Below, piece by piece: positions 1 through 8,389 of a stretch of 32,536 nt of DNA. The position numbers were made by a program, and so were the translations under genes. How positions within the stretch are numbered: the first letter of the stretch is position 1; each line of letters begins with the position of its first letter. The DNA is from a virus: IMG/VR virus record IMGVR_UViG_3300045988_121526; one strand, 5' to 3'. The notes below the pieces were generated by a model that saw only the letters and a list, made by a program, of their open reading frames with translations, was not told the DNA's origin and did not search any database.

Positions 1-55
1 TCCGCCGACTGGGAACGCGCCAGAGACGCGGCGCTTACGCGCGACGCTCACCTAT
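1..55. repeat. 55-bp terminal overlap identical to 32482..32536 (circular closure of the contig)
   Basis: Base-by-base comparison of the two window ends gives exact identity: tccgccgactgggaacgcgccagagacgcggcgcttacgcgcgacgctcacctat. Confidence 0.95.
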
Positions 56-285
56 GCCAGCACTGCTTGCAGCAAGGAGAGATCACGCCCGCCGTCATGG
101 TGCATCACATCATCGAGCTAACGCCAGCGAACATCAGCGACCCAAGCATCGCGACCGACCCGAGCAACCTAGTAAGCCTATGCGACCGATGCCACAAGAA
201 GGTGCATGGCTGGATAAGGCAAGGGGCGACAAGGCAAGGGCTTGCCTTCGATAGCGACGGAAATCTGATATCGCTTGGCGATTGA
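1..285 (+). CDS. HNH endonuclease, C-terminal part (same gene as 32449..32536; the gene spans the circular junction)
   Basis: Frame 1 is open from nt 1. The translation ...CQHCLQQGEITPAVMVHHIIEL...NLVSLCDRCHKKVH shows the CxxC / HH / N / CxxCH HNH pattern. It lies directly upstream of terS/terL, as in HK97-like phages. Confidence 0.85.
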   Translation, partial: SADWERARDAALTRDAHLCQHCLQQGEITPAVMVHHIIELTPANISDPSIATDPSNLVSLCDRCHKKVHGWIRQGATRQGLAFDSDGNLISLGD

Positions 286-382
286 TTCAAAAACACGACA
301 CAACGCGACGCAAGCGCGGGAAATCGGACGCAAAACCGCAGATGAACCCGCGTGACAATCCCCCCTGTCTGAAAAACGCATG

Positions 383-399
383 TGGTGCCTAGGGCACCA
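383..399. promoter_or_regulatory. 17-bp palindrome tggtgcc-tag-ggcacca in the HNH-terS intergenic region; candidate terminase or cos recognition element
   Basis: Perfect inverted repeat seen in the sequence. The assignment rests only on its position between HNH and terS. Confidence 0.25.
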
Positions 400-455
400 A
401 CGCCGGGAGGTAATTTCATGCGCGCGCCGGATTTTCGAAAGGGGGTGGTCTTGCG

Positions 456-878
456 ATGACGGCGAAAGTAAGCAATACTTCGAAAGTTTCGCCGCGAGTT
501 GCGGGCAGCAGCCCGCCGAAGCGCCCGGTTTCGAAGCAGAAGCGCGTAGAAAGCGAGCTGAAGAAGCTGCGCGAGATCACCAAGGGCGCTATTCCCGACG
601 AGAAGCGAAAAACCGTCATGCCGCTTCTAGCGAACCTCGCGTTTCTGAAGGTCAAGCTTGACGATGCCCGCGCCGACCTGCTCTACGAAGATATCTTCAC
701 AGAGTACGACAACGGCGGCGGGCAAACCGGGCTGCGCGAGCACCCCGGCTTCAGCGCATACAACAAGCTTTTCACCACGTTCTCACGCGGCGTGAAGCAG
801 CTAACCGACATGATGCCCAACGGCACCGCCGCAGCCGACGCGCTCATTGATTTCATCAATGAAACGCGGTACGGCTAA
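456..878 (+). CDS. terS: Terminase small subunit (P27-family-like)
   Basis: 140-aa ORF with ATG after gaaaggggg. The basic N-terminus, the ...ANLAFLKVKLDDARADL...GQTGLREHPGFSAYNKL... pattern and the position immediately upstream of terL all fit. Confidence 0.8.
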   Translation: MTAKVSNTSKVSPRVAGSSPPKRPVSKQKRVESELKKLREITKGAIPDEKRKTVMPLLANLAFLKVKLDDARADLLYEDIFTEYDNGGGQTGLREHPGFSAYNKLFTTFSRGVKQLTDMMPNGTAAADALIDFINETRYG

Positions 879-2589
879 CGCAAAGCCCGGTTCGTGCGAG
901 CGCGCCATACGTGACTACTTCGGCGGCATCCTGCGCGGCGACATAACCGCATGCGGCAAGATGAAGCAGGTTGCCGCAATCGTGCTTCAGGGCATGGACA
1001 ACACCGACCCGCTATACCCGTACCACTACCGCGAGGAATACGCGCAGAAGCACGTTCGCTTCATCGAAAGCTTCTGCCGCCTACCGTCAGGGCGCTTGGG
1101 GCACGATTTCAAGCTAGAGCTTTTCCAACGCGCCATTCTCTCGGTTGTCTTCGGTTTCGTGGATGCCGAGGGCGTGCGGCAGTACCGAGAAGTGCTCTGG
1201 ATTATGGGGCGCAAGAACGGTAAGACGGCGCTTGCGTCAGCGATTGAGCTTGACCTGCTCGTGAACGACGATGAGGGCGCGCCGGAAGTCTACAACGTTG
1301 CGACCGCGCGCGATCAGGCGGCAAAGGGATTCAACAACGCGTGGCGCATGGTGCAGACCAGCCCCGCGCTCGCAAAGCACATCCGCAAGCGCGTTGCAGA
1401 CCTTTACTGCGATCTGAACATGGGGAGCATCCGCGCGCTGAGCGCCAACACGAACCATCTTGACGGCTTGGACATTTCCGGCGCTATCGTTGACGAGCTG
1501 GCCGCGATGAAGAACCGCGATTTATACGACCTGACGATGCAGGGCACGTCTGCACGCCGTCAGCCGCTCGTGTTGGAGATAACGACTAACGGATTCGTGC
1601 GCAATAGCATCTTCGATGCTCAGTACGAGTATGCGACCAAATGGCTTGACGGCAAGGCCACCGGCGAGAAGGCAGAGCGATTCATCGCTTTCATATTCGA
1701 GCTTGACGAACGCGAGGAATGGGAAGACGAAGGCGCTTGGGTAAAGGCGAACCCCGGTCTTGGCACCATCAAATCGCTTTCGGCGCTTCGCCAGAACGTT
1801 TCTAAGGCGAAGGACGATGCAACTTACCTTCCGACGCTGCTAGTTAAAGATTTCAACCTGATAGAGAACCAGTCGCAAGCTTGGCTCACGTGGGCTGAAA
1901 TCCATAACGAAGCGACCTTCGACCCCGGCGACGGCTCTTTCACCTATGCCGTTCTTGGCGTTGACGCGGCGGACACAACCGACCTTACCGCCGCGTGCCT
2001 TCTCATGCAGCGGCCTAACGATCCGAACATCTACGCGCTTCACATGGCGTGGATACCGCTTCGCGCCTTGGAGCAAGCCGAGCGCGAGGGGCGGCGCGGC
2101 GGGCGCGACGGCGTGCCTTACGACGCGTGGATTGCACGCGGGCTTATGCGGACGTGCGAAACGCCCATCATGGACAAGCGCGACGTTCTGGATTGGGTGG
2201 CCGAGGTGCAGGACAAGTACGGCATCTATGCCGTCGCGTGCGGCTACGACCCGTGGCACATGCGCGACGTTCCGACCGTCGAAGCATATGAAGACTATTT
2301 CGGCGCGGACAACCTGCAAAAGGTCATTCAGGGTGCGCAAACGCTTTCTATGCCGATGAAGGAGCTTCGAGCGCTCTACAAGGAAGGGCGCATCGTGGAC
2401 AACGCCAACCCGATTGCCGAATGGTGCCGCTCGAACGTCGCCATTCGAACCGACGTGAACGGAAACATTCAGCCGGACAAGAAGAACCAAGACCCGCGCA
2501 ACCGCATAGACGCGTGGGCGGCTGAGTGCGACGCGTTCATTGCGATGAAGAACATTGCGGACGATTACCGCGCGATGATAGGAGGTTAG
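859..2589 (+). CDS. terL: Terminase large subunit
   Basis: Walker A-like GRKNGKT, Walker B-like AIVDELA and a C-terminal nuclease-type region. The first ATG in the ORF is at 859 (TTG at 847 is also possible). Confidence 0.93.
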   Translation: MKRGTANAKPGSCERAIRDYFGGILRGDITACGKMKQVAAIVLQGMDNTDPLYPYHYREEYAQKHVRFIESFCRLPSGRLGHDFKLELFQRAILSVVFGFVDAEGVRQYREVLWIMGRKNGKTALASAIELDLLVNDDEGAPEVYNVATARDQAAKGFNNAWRMVQTSPALAKHIRKRVADLYCDLNMGSIRALSANTNHLDGLDISGAIVDELAAMKNRDLYDLTMQGTSARRQPLVLEITTNGFVRNSIFDAQYEYATKWLDGKATGEKAERFIAFIFELDEREEWEDEGAWVKANPGLGTIKSLSALRQNVSKAKDDATYLPTLLVKDFNLIENQSQAWLTWAEIHNEATFDPGDGSFTYAVLGVDAADTTDLTAACLLMQRPNDPNIYALHMAWIPLRALEQAEREGRRGGRDGVPYDAWIARGLMRTCETPIMDKRDVLDWVAEVQDKYGIYAVACGYDPWHMRDVPTVEAYEDYFGADNLQKVIQGAQTLSMPMKELRALYKEGRIVDNANPIAEWCRSNVAIRTDVNGNIQPDKKNQDPRNRIDAWAAECDAFIAMKNIADDYRAMIGG

Positions 2590-2591
2590 AG

Positions 2592-3869
2592 TTGAGCAGA
2601 TCACAACCGTTCGTGCGCTCGCTCTTCGATGCGGTGTTCCACCGTCCGCAGATGCAAGCTGTAAACGGCTACTTCAGCACGTTCACGGCCTACGCGCCGA
2701 GCTTCACGACATGGCAGGGCGGGCTTTACGAAGCCGAGCTGACGCGCAGCATCATTGAGAGCGGCGCAGACCACGCAAGCAAGCTGAAACCGGAGGTTTC
2801 CGGCTCTGCTCAGCCTGTCGCCGCGCGCGCTCTCAGGCAGCAGCCTAACCCGTGGATGACAACCCCGCAGTTTATCAAGCGCATCTGGACGATTCTTCAG
2901 GTGAACGACACGGCGCTCATAATCCCGATAGACGCGGGAGACGGCACCACTATAACGGGCTACTACCCCGTTCTTCCGAGCCAGTGCGAAGCATACGACG
3001 TTGACGGCGAGCTCTGGCTAATGCTCACGTTCCCGACCGGCGACAGCGTGCTTGTCGAGTGGTCGCGCGTGGGCGTTATGACGCGCCACCAGTACCAAAG
3101 CGATTTGTTCGGCGACGGCACGAACGTTCTTCAGCCGACGTTGGAGCTGATGCACGCGCAGAACGAAGCCGAGCAGTCGGCTATCAATCAGGGCGCGGCG
3201 GTGCGGTTCATCGGCAAGCTAAGCCAGAACCGCAACGAGGGCGACCAAGAGAAGGCGCGCAAGGCGTTCAACTCTCAGCTTTCCGCAGACAACGCGGGCG
3301 GCATCGCCGTATATGACAAGCTGTTTTCAGACGTGCAGCAGATAACGCCGAACAGTTACACGGTCGATGCGGCGCAGATGGAGCGAATCGAGAAGAGCGC
3401 TTACCGCTTCTTCGGCTCCAATGAGGATATCGTCACGAACTGCGCGGACGAAGACACCTTCAACAGCTACTACGAAGGACGCATCGAGCCGTTCGCTGTT
3501 CAGCTCGGATTCGTTATCACATCCATGACGTACACGGCGAACGAGATAGCGCACGGAAACTCAATCATGTTCAGCGCGAACCGTCTAGAGTTCGCCAGCA
3601 ATACGACGAAGCTTAACGTCTCGGTCGCGCTCTTCGACCGTGGTATCTGGAACGGCAATCAGGTTGCCGATGTTTTCCAATCGCCGCACTACGACGGCGG
3701 CGAGCGCCACGTCATACGCGGCGAGTACATCGACCTTGCGCTCATCAGCGAGCACACGGCGGAACAGGCGGCGCAAGCCGCGCAGACGAACGCGAACATA
3801 GCCGCTATCGACGCGAGCAGCGGCGTTGGAACCAGCAAGGAGGTAGACGATGCCGGCGAAACCGAGTGA
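2592..3869 (+). CDS. Portal protein (HK97-family-like)
   Basis: TTG start 6 nt after aggagg. About 425 aa, placed between terL and the prohead protease. The upstream part of ORF 2526.. overlaps the terL end and is Arg/Cys-rich. Confidence 0.88.
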   Translation: MSRSQPFVRSLFDAVFHRPQMQAVNGYFSTFTAYAPSFTTWQGGLYEAELTRSIIESGADHASKLKPEVSGSAQPVAARALRQQPNPWMTTPQFIKRIWTILQVNDTALIIPIDAGDGTTITGYYPVLPSQCEAYDVDGELWLMLTFPTGDSVLVEWSRVGVMTRHQYQSDLFGDGTNVLQPTLELMHAQNEAEQSAINQGAAVRFIGKLSQNRNEGDQEKARKAFNSQLSADNAGGIAVYDKLFSDVQQITPNSYTVDAAQMERIEKSAYRFFGSNEDIVTNCADEDTFNSYYEGRIEPFAVQLGFVITSMTYTANEIAHGNSIMFSANRLEFASNTTKLNVSVALFDRGIWNGNQVADVFQSPHYDGGERHVIRGEYIDLALISEHTAEQAAQAAQTNANIAAIDASSGVGTSKEVDDAGETE

Positions 3870-4485
3870 ACGGCAATACCGTTCCCTTGCCGTGCCGCTC
3901 AACGTGCGGACGGCTGACGGAAGCGCGAACAAGCGCCTTGACACCGATTACTACGTCGAGGGCTACGCATCGACATTCAACGACCCATACGTGCTTTTCA
4001 CCGACTGGGACGGCAACGAGTATCGCGAGATCATCGACCCCGGCGCTTTCGACGGCGCGGACATGAGCGACGTTATCATGCAGTACGACCATGCGGGCAA
4101 GGTTCTCGCGCGCATGAGCAACAACACGCTCATTGTCGAGCCTGACAAGCACGGGCTTTTCATCGCGGCAGACCTTAGCGGCTCTCAGGCCGCGCGCGAC
4201 CTTTACGAAGAGATTACTAACGGCCTTATCACGCGCATGTCGTGGGCTTTCAGCGTGGGCGCGGACGAATACGACCGGGACACGCACACCACGACCATTA
4301 CGCGCGTCAAAAAGGTTTTCGACGTGTCGGCGGTGAGCCTTCCGGCTGACCCAAATACGGAGATTTCAGCAAGAAACCTGCTCAACGGAGTGATTGAGCA
4401 GTCGCGCAAGGAGCTTGCGCGCCGTAAGAGTGCCCTTGCAATCGCGAGGGCGACGCTGGCAATCGCCAAGAGCAGAAAGGTTTAG
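3850..4485 (+). CDS. Prohead maturation protease (HK97 / S78-like)
   Basis: The pattern ...YVEGYASTFNDPY...IIDPGAFDG...MQYDHAGKVLAR...WAFSV... is typical of HK97 prohead proteases. aaggagg RBS. Confidence 0.88.
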   Translation: MPAKPSERQYRSLAVPLNVRTADGSANKRLDTDYYVEGYASTFNDPYVLFTDWDGNEYREIIDPGAFDGADMSDVIMQYDHAGKVLARMSNNTLIVEPDKHGLFIAADLSGSQAARDLYEEITNGLITRMSWAFSVGADEYDRDTHTTTITRVKKVFDVSAVSLPADPNTEISARNLLNGVIEQSRKELARRKSALAIARATLAIAKSRKV

Positions 4486-4489
4486 AACA

Positions 4490-5773
4490 ATGGACGAACT
4501 GACTATGGATGACCTGCTTAACGAGCTTCAGGGGCTTGTTGACAAGTACAAGGCCGATGACGGCACCGACACCGAGCCGAGCGAGCAGGACGCGGAGCGC
4601 ATGAGCGCGCTTACCGCCGAGATCGAGAAGCGAAACGCCGCCGCCGCGCAGCGCCGCGACAGCCACGCCGCGACCGTCGCCGCCGCGCGAGCCGCTATCG
4701 AGAACGGCAGCGCCCGCCGTGTCGATGCCGTGCCGCTGGGCACTTCCGCGAGCGCTCGCGGCGCTCTGCCGCAGGTGCGCGACACGACCGACTACAACGC
4801 CGCCGCCCGCCGCGCTTGGGTGAAGGACATTGCCCGCCGGAGCGGCGTGCAGCTCATCGAGGGTACCGATTTCACGCAGGTTGAGCGCGACGCTTACAAC
4901 GCGCTTGTCGAGCGCCGCACCGCGTTCACGCACCTGACCAGCAACACCGATGCGGTTATCCCCGTCGAGCTTCAGACGCAGATTTTCAGCCTGATTGACA
5001 ACACGGCTGTTCTCTACGGCGACATCCACAAGGACAACTTCCCGCACCAGTTCGAGCTTATCCGCCATAAGAGCATCAAGGCTGGCGACGCGGCGCAGAC
5101 CACCGAGGGCGCAGCTCCCACCGATGAGGAGCAGAACGAGTTCGACACCATCACCCTTACGGGCGAGGAGATCAAGAAGACCGTGAAGATGAGCCGAAAG
5201 ATGGCGGTTCAGTCTATCAACGGCTTTGAGCAGTACATCGTCAACGAGACTGGCGCGCGCCTTGCCGTTGCCGCCAACGCGCGCGTCCACGCCAAGACTG
5301 TTGACACCACGCTTGGCATGGATTCCGGCAACAAGATTAACTGCGCTACCGCTGGCACGCTTGTCAAGGCCGATATCACCAAGCTTCTCGGTCTGCTCTA
5401 CACCTACGGCAACCCCGCGCCGAAGGGCTGCATCATCTACGCCAACGGCAACACCATCTGGAACCATATCGCTATGGTCGAGGATGCCAACGGGCGCTCT
5501 TACTTCGTGGACGAGAAGACCGAAGACCCCGCTGTTGAGGGGCATATCTTCGGCAAGCTCGTCAAGCGCGACGATTCGATGGCGGACGGTATCATCAAGG
5601 CGGGCTATCCCGACCTGTTCCGTGGGAACATCTTCGACGGCGTGGACGTTACGCCGTATGTCGAGCCGGGTACGCAGAAGCGCTGCTTTGACGGATACCT
5701 GCTCTTCGACGGCGGGCTTGCCGTGCCTAAGTCTTTCGGCCAGCTCACCATCGGCACCGCCGTTAAGGCTTAG
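4490..5773 (+). CDS. Major capsid protein (HK97 fold family)
   Basis: ATG 4490 follows the protease stop. An N-terminal coiled delta-like segment is followed by a region of about 300 aa. The position is canonical. Confidence 0.88.
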   Translation: MDELTMDDLLNELQGLVDKYKADDGTDTEPSEQDAERMSALTAEIEKRNAAAAQRRDSHAATVAAARAAIENGSARRVDAVPLGTSASARGALPQVRDTTDYNAAARRAWVKDIARRSGVQLIEGTDFTQVERDAYNALVERRTAFTHLTSNTDAVIPVELQTQIFSLIDNTAVLYGDIHKDNFPHQFELIRHKSIKAGDAAQTTEGAAPTDEEQNEFDTITLTGEEIKKTVKMSRKMAVQSINGFEQYIVNETGARLAVAANARVHAKTVDTTLGMDSGNKINCATAGTLVKADITKLLGLLYTYGNPAPKGCIIYANGNTIWNHIAMVEDANGRSYFVDEKTEDPAVEGHIFGKLVKRDDSMADGIIKAGYPDLFRGNIFDGVDVTPYVEPGTQKRCFDGYLLFDGGLAVPKSFGQLTIGTAVKA

Positions 5774-5783
5774 GAGGTGCCGC

Positions 5784-6086
5784 ATGGCAGAGAAGCCGAA
5801 GCTGCTTGACGCGTGCCGCGAAGCGCTGAGGATTCCCGCCGAATGCACCGACTTTGACGCTGAGATTGAAGACCTCATCGAAGCCGCCCGCGCCGCGATG
5901 CGCGCGGGCGGCGTTGCCGAGAAGGTAGCCGCCGACGATTCGAACGGCACCGTAAGGCTTGCGGTGAAGGTCTACTGCAAGGCGAACTTCGGCATGGACA
6001 ACCCCGATGCCGACCGCCTTGCTCAGAGCTTCGAAGAGCTGCTTACCATGATGCGCGGAAGCTCGGAGTTCGGGGGCGCGTCATGA
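5784..6086 (+). CDS. Head-tail connector (gp6-like DNA-packaging/connector protein)
   Basis: ATG 5784 follows taggaggtg. 100 aa, acidic and helical, directly after the capsid gene. The long upstream extension of ORF 5226.. overlaps the capsid gene in another frame. Confidence 0.7.
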   Translation: MAEKPKLLDACREALRIPAECTDFDAEIEDLIEAARAAMRAGGVAEKVAADDSNGTVRLAVKVYCKANFGMDNPDADRLAQSFEELLTMMRGSSEFGGAS

Positions 6087-6394
6087 GCATGTGGGCTGGC
6101 ACGTGCCAGCTCATAGCTAAGGCCGTCAAGAAGGACGAATACGGCGTGCAGAAGACGGAGGAAACCAAGCGCAAGGTGCCCTGCAACGTCTTCTCAATGG
6201 GCGACGCGGCCTATTACGCCGCCGCTGCCGCTGGCGTACACCCCGAAGCCGTATTGCAGATTCGCAAGAGCGCATACGAAGGTGAGCGGCTAGTCGAGTT
6301 CGACGGAGCGCGGCTCACGGTCGCGCGCGTGGACAGGTCAAGCCCCGACTTCGTGCGCCTGACGCTCTCAGAGGTGGTGGGCGACCGTGGCTGA
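6083..6394 (+). CDS. Head closure / head-tail adaptor protein
   Basis: 103 aa with ATGA overlap onto the previous gene. Size and order match the HK97-type head-tail joining module. Confidence 0.65.
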   Translation: MSMWAGTCQLIAKAVKKDEYGVQKTEETKRKVPCNVFSMGDAAYYAAAAAGVHPEAVLQIRKSAYEGERLVEFDGARLTVARVDRSSPDFVRLTLSEVVGDRG

Positions 6395-6758
6395 GCAGAG
6401 CATCGAGCGCTTCATCCGAAGCTGCATGAAAGAGTGCGTGGACGATAACGTTTCCGCGCTCGCGGAGAACTCGGCTGAAGCCGGAAGGCGCGCCGTGAAG
6501 CTGCTGAAGCAGAAGAGCAAGGTTCGCACCGGCGCTTACAAGAAGGGCTGGAAGGCAGACGTTACGACCGACGAGACGGGCACCGAATGCACGGTGCACA
6601 ACCGCGTTTACCAACTCACGCACCTTTTGGAGAACGGACATGCCATAAAGAACCAAACCGGAAAGTATTACGGCGACGTTCCCGGTGACGGCGTTATCAG
6701 GGAGGTTGCAGACCAAGTGGCGCGTGAGTTCGCGGACATGGGGGGCGACGGGCGATGA
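6387..6758 (+). CDS. HK97 gp10-like neck/tail component
   Basis: The pattern ...KVRTGAYKKGWK...VHN.VYQLTHLLENGH... resembles the HK97 gp10 family. GTG start overlaps the previous stop. Confidence 0.7.
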   Translation: MAEQSIERFIRSCMKECVDDNVSALAENSAEAGRRAVKLLKQKSKVRTGAYKKGWKADVTTDETGTECTVHNRVYQLTHLLENGHAIKNQTGKYYGDVPGDGVIREVADQVAREFADMGGDGR

Positions 6759-7084
6759 TTGGGCTAAAGGAGCTTTGCGGCGTGCTCAATTCTCTGGGCA
6801 TCCCGTGGGCGAACCAGAAGTTCGCGGACGGCGAGGAACCGGCACCGCCCTTCATCTGCCTTGTCGCGGGATACAGCGAAGCGGCATACGCCGACAACAA
6901 CACCTACCTATCGTGGATGCCATACGATATCGCGCTCTACACGCGGCACCGGGACTACGCGACCGAGAAGCGCATACGCACCGCGCTCGAAGCCGCCGAG
7001 TGCCCTTACACGCTTGGCATCACAGAGATTGATTCAGAAGAGCTTACCGAAGCGGCGTTCACCGTGAACGTCGCCGAGAGTTAG
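6755..7084 (+). CDS. Tail terminator / tail completion protein (assigned by position)
   Basis: 109-aa ORF overlapping its neighbour. It is the last small gene before the major tail protein. Confidence 0.5.
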   Translation: MIGLKELCGVLNSLGIPWANQKFADGEEPAPPFICLVAGYSEAAYADNNTYLSWMPYDIALYTRHRDYATEKRIRTALEAAECPYTLGITEIDSEELTEAAFTVNVAES

Positions 7085-7094
7085 GAGAGAACAA

Positions 7095-7688
7095 ATGGCA
7101 CGAAACGGATTCTTCGGCGTGAAGAACTCGCATTTCGCGATCTGCACCGACGAAGACGCGCTTACCTATGAAGACCCCGTGCACGTCGCGGGCACAGTCG
7201 CTATCAGCATGGAGCCGACCGTTGAGACGGCGACCAGCTACGCCGACAACGAGCCTTGGCTTGACAAGCAGCAGGACAACGGCGGAAGCGGAACCATGAG
7301 CTTCTACGACACCGAGGGAACGGCAGAGCTTCGCCAGCTCATCGCAGACCTCGTGGGCTACGAGATTGCGCAGGACGGGCGAACCATCCTGAGCGCAGAC
7401 CGCACGCCAAAGAAGTTCGCCTTCATGTGCGAGCAGCCGGGGCACGTGCTCGGTCGCCGCCGCTGCCTTCTCATGTGCCAGCTCTCTAAGCCGACGCAGG
7501 AGCTTAACACCGTTCAGGACACGCCGGAGATTACGCAGCTCGATTACCCGTTCACGTGGCGACCCGTCACCATCCCGAGCACCGACATTCGCACGAGCGG
7601 CTATGACAGCTTCACCGGCCTTGCCGACTACGATACTTTCTTCGATGCAGTCAACATCGAGCTTGCGCACAAGACCCCGTCCGAGTAG
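7095..7688 (+). CDS. Major tail (tube) protein
   Basis: 197 aa, ggagag RBS, position before the chaperone pair and tape measure. The N-terminus MARNGFFGVKN.HFA resembles phi13-type major tail proteins. Confidence 0.8.
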   Translation: MARNGFFGVKNSHFAICTDEDALTYEDPVHVAGTVAISMEPTVETATSYADNEPWLDKQQDNGGSGTMSFYDTEGTAELRQLIADLVGYEIAQDGRTILSADRTPKKFAFMCEQPGHVLGRRRCLLMCQLSKPTQELNTVQDTPEITQLDYPFTWRPVTIPSTDIRTSGYDSFTGLADYDTFFDAVNIELAHKTPSE

Positions 7689-7698
7689 GAGGTTGCGA

Positions 7699-8112
7699 AT
7701 GCTTATCAAGGTTGGCGAAAAGAGCTACGAAGCGACCTTCAACGCGTTCACACCGATTGCCTATTCTCGATGCTTCAACGAGGTTGTCGAGGGCGGGAGG
7801 AAGCGCCCGAAGGACATTGCGGACGCGGTTTCTAAGATCGCCGGTTCTCTCATGACTAGCGACGTGCCCGCTATCGTCCCGTTGCTCGAAATCTTCTACG
7901 CGTGCATCAAGACCGCAACGCCGAAGTTCGATACCGGATTCGATGAGTGGGTTTCTTCCTTCCCATCGGACGCGTACAACTTGGAGCGCAAGGACGGTTG
8001 GGCTTCCGACGTGATGCGCATTGTCGAGGACAACTTTTTTCCTTCGGCGAAAGAGGACGTGGAAGCCGCGCCCGCCGAAGAGGAAAGCGCCGCCGCTGCC
8101 AAGCGAGCTTAG
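7699..8112 (+). CDS. Tail assembly chaperone (G-like)
   Basis: ATG 7699 follows aggagg. 137 aa with an acidic C-terminus, between the major tail gene and the tape measure. Confidence 0.7.
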   Translation: MLIKVGEKSYEATFNAFTPIAYSRCFNEVVEGGRKRPKDIADAVSKIAGSLMTSDVPAIVPLLEIFYACIKTATPKFDTGFDEWVSSFPSDAYNLERKDGWASDVMRIVEDNFFPSAKEDVEAAPAEEESAAAAKRA

Positions 8113-8299
8113 CGACGCGTGCGACGCGCGATACATCTACAACTGCCAGCAATGCGGCCTGACGCTATCAGACCTTCAGATGATGAGCTACCGGCAGGTG
8201 CAAGACCTGTTGGAGATCAACGCGTTCTACGCCGACGCTGCGGAGCACTACGACGAGGACGAGAAGGCGCGCAAGGCCGAAGCCGCGTTCTGGTCATGA
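8021..8299 (+). CDS. Frameshift extension of the tail assembly chaperone (T-like part; +1 frame relative to 7699..8112)
   Basis: An open frame overlaps the last 92 nt of the G-like ORF. It has no convincing start or RBS of its own. The distal part, ...LSDLQMMSYRQVQDLLEINAFYAD..., looks protein-like. Confidence 0.5.
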   Translation: MSRTTFFLRRKRTWKPRPPKRKAPPLPSELSDACDARYIYNCQQCGLTLSDLQMMSYRQVQDLLEINAFYADAAEHYDEDEKARKAEAAFWS

Positions 8300-8389
8300 C
8301 ATGAAGTGAGTTCTTGACGGCAGCGCACCCGCGAGGGCGCGTTGCTTCAAGCACTCATGGGACTTTGACAACCGAAGAGGGGTGATTAC

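Noticed and set aside
1-55. Terminal 55-bp repeat as a biological direct terminal repeat or LTR
   Set aside because: The length and exactness fit an assembler k-mer overlap, and a single HNH gene is reconstituted across it. The HNH/P27-terS context also points to cos ends elsewhere. Only terminus mapping could overturn this.
5226-5783. N-terminal 186-aa extension of the connector ORF (286-aa ORF 5226..6086)
   Set aside because: The extension overlaps the capsid gene in another frame and is Ser/Thr/Arg/Pro-rich. A strong RBS and ATG at 5784 follow the capsid stop.
4382-5950. 522-aa minus-strand ORF, the longest non-annotated ORF in the window
   Set aside because: It is entirely antisense to the prohead protease and major capsid genes. 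Its Ala/Arg/Gly/Val-rich low-complexity translation is typical of shadow frames in high-GC DNA, and it has no RBS. The same reasoning applies to 1840..2604(-), 9424..10335(-), 7059..7709(-), 18478..19248(-), 20231..21013(-) and 30943..31506(-).
7947-8162. The -1 frame ORF as the chaperone frameshift product
   Set aside because: Its translation is an Arg/Gly-rich tail (…RGRGSRARRRGKRRRCQ…) that stops at 8162. The +1 frame carries the protein-like extension that reaches the tape measure gene.
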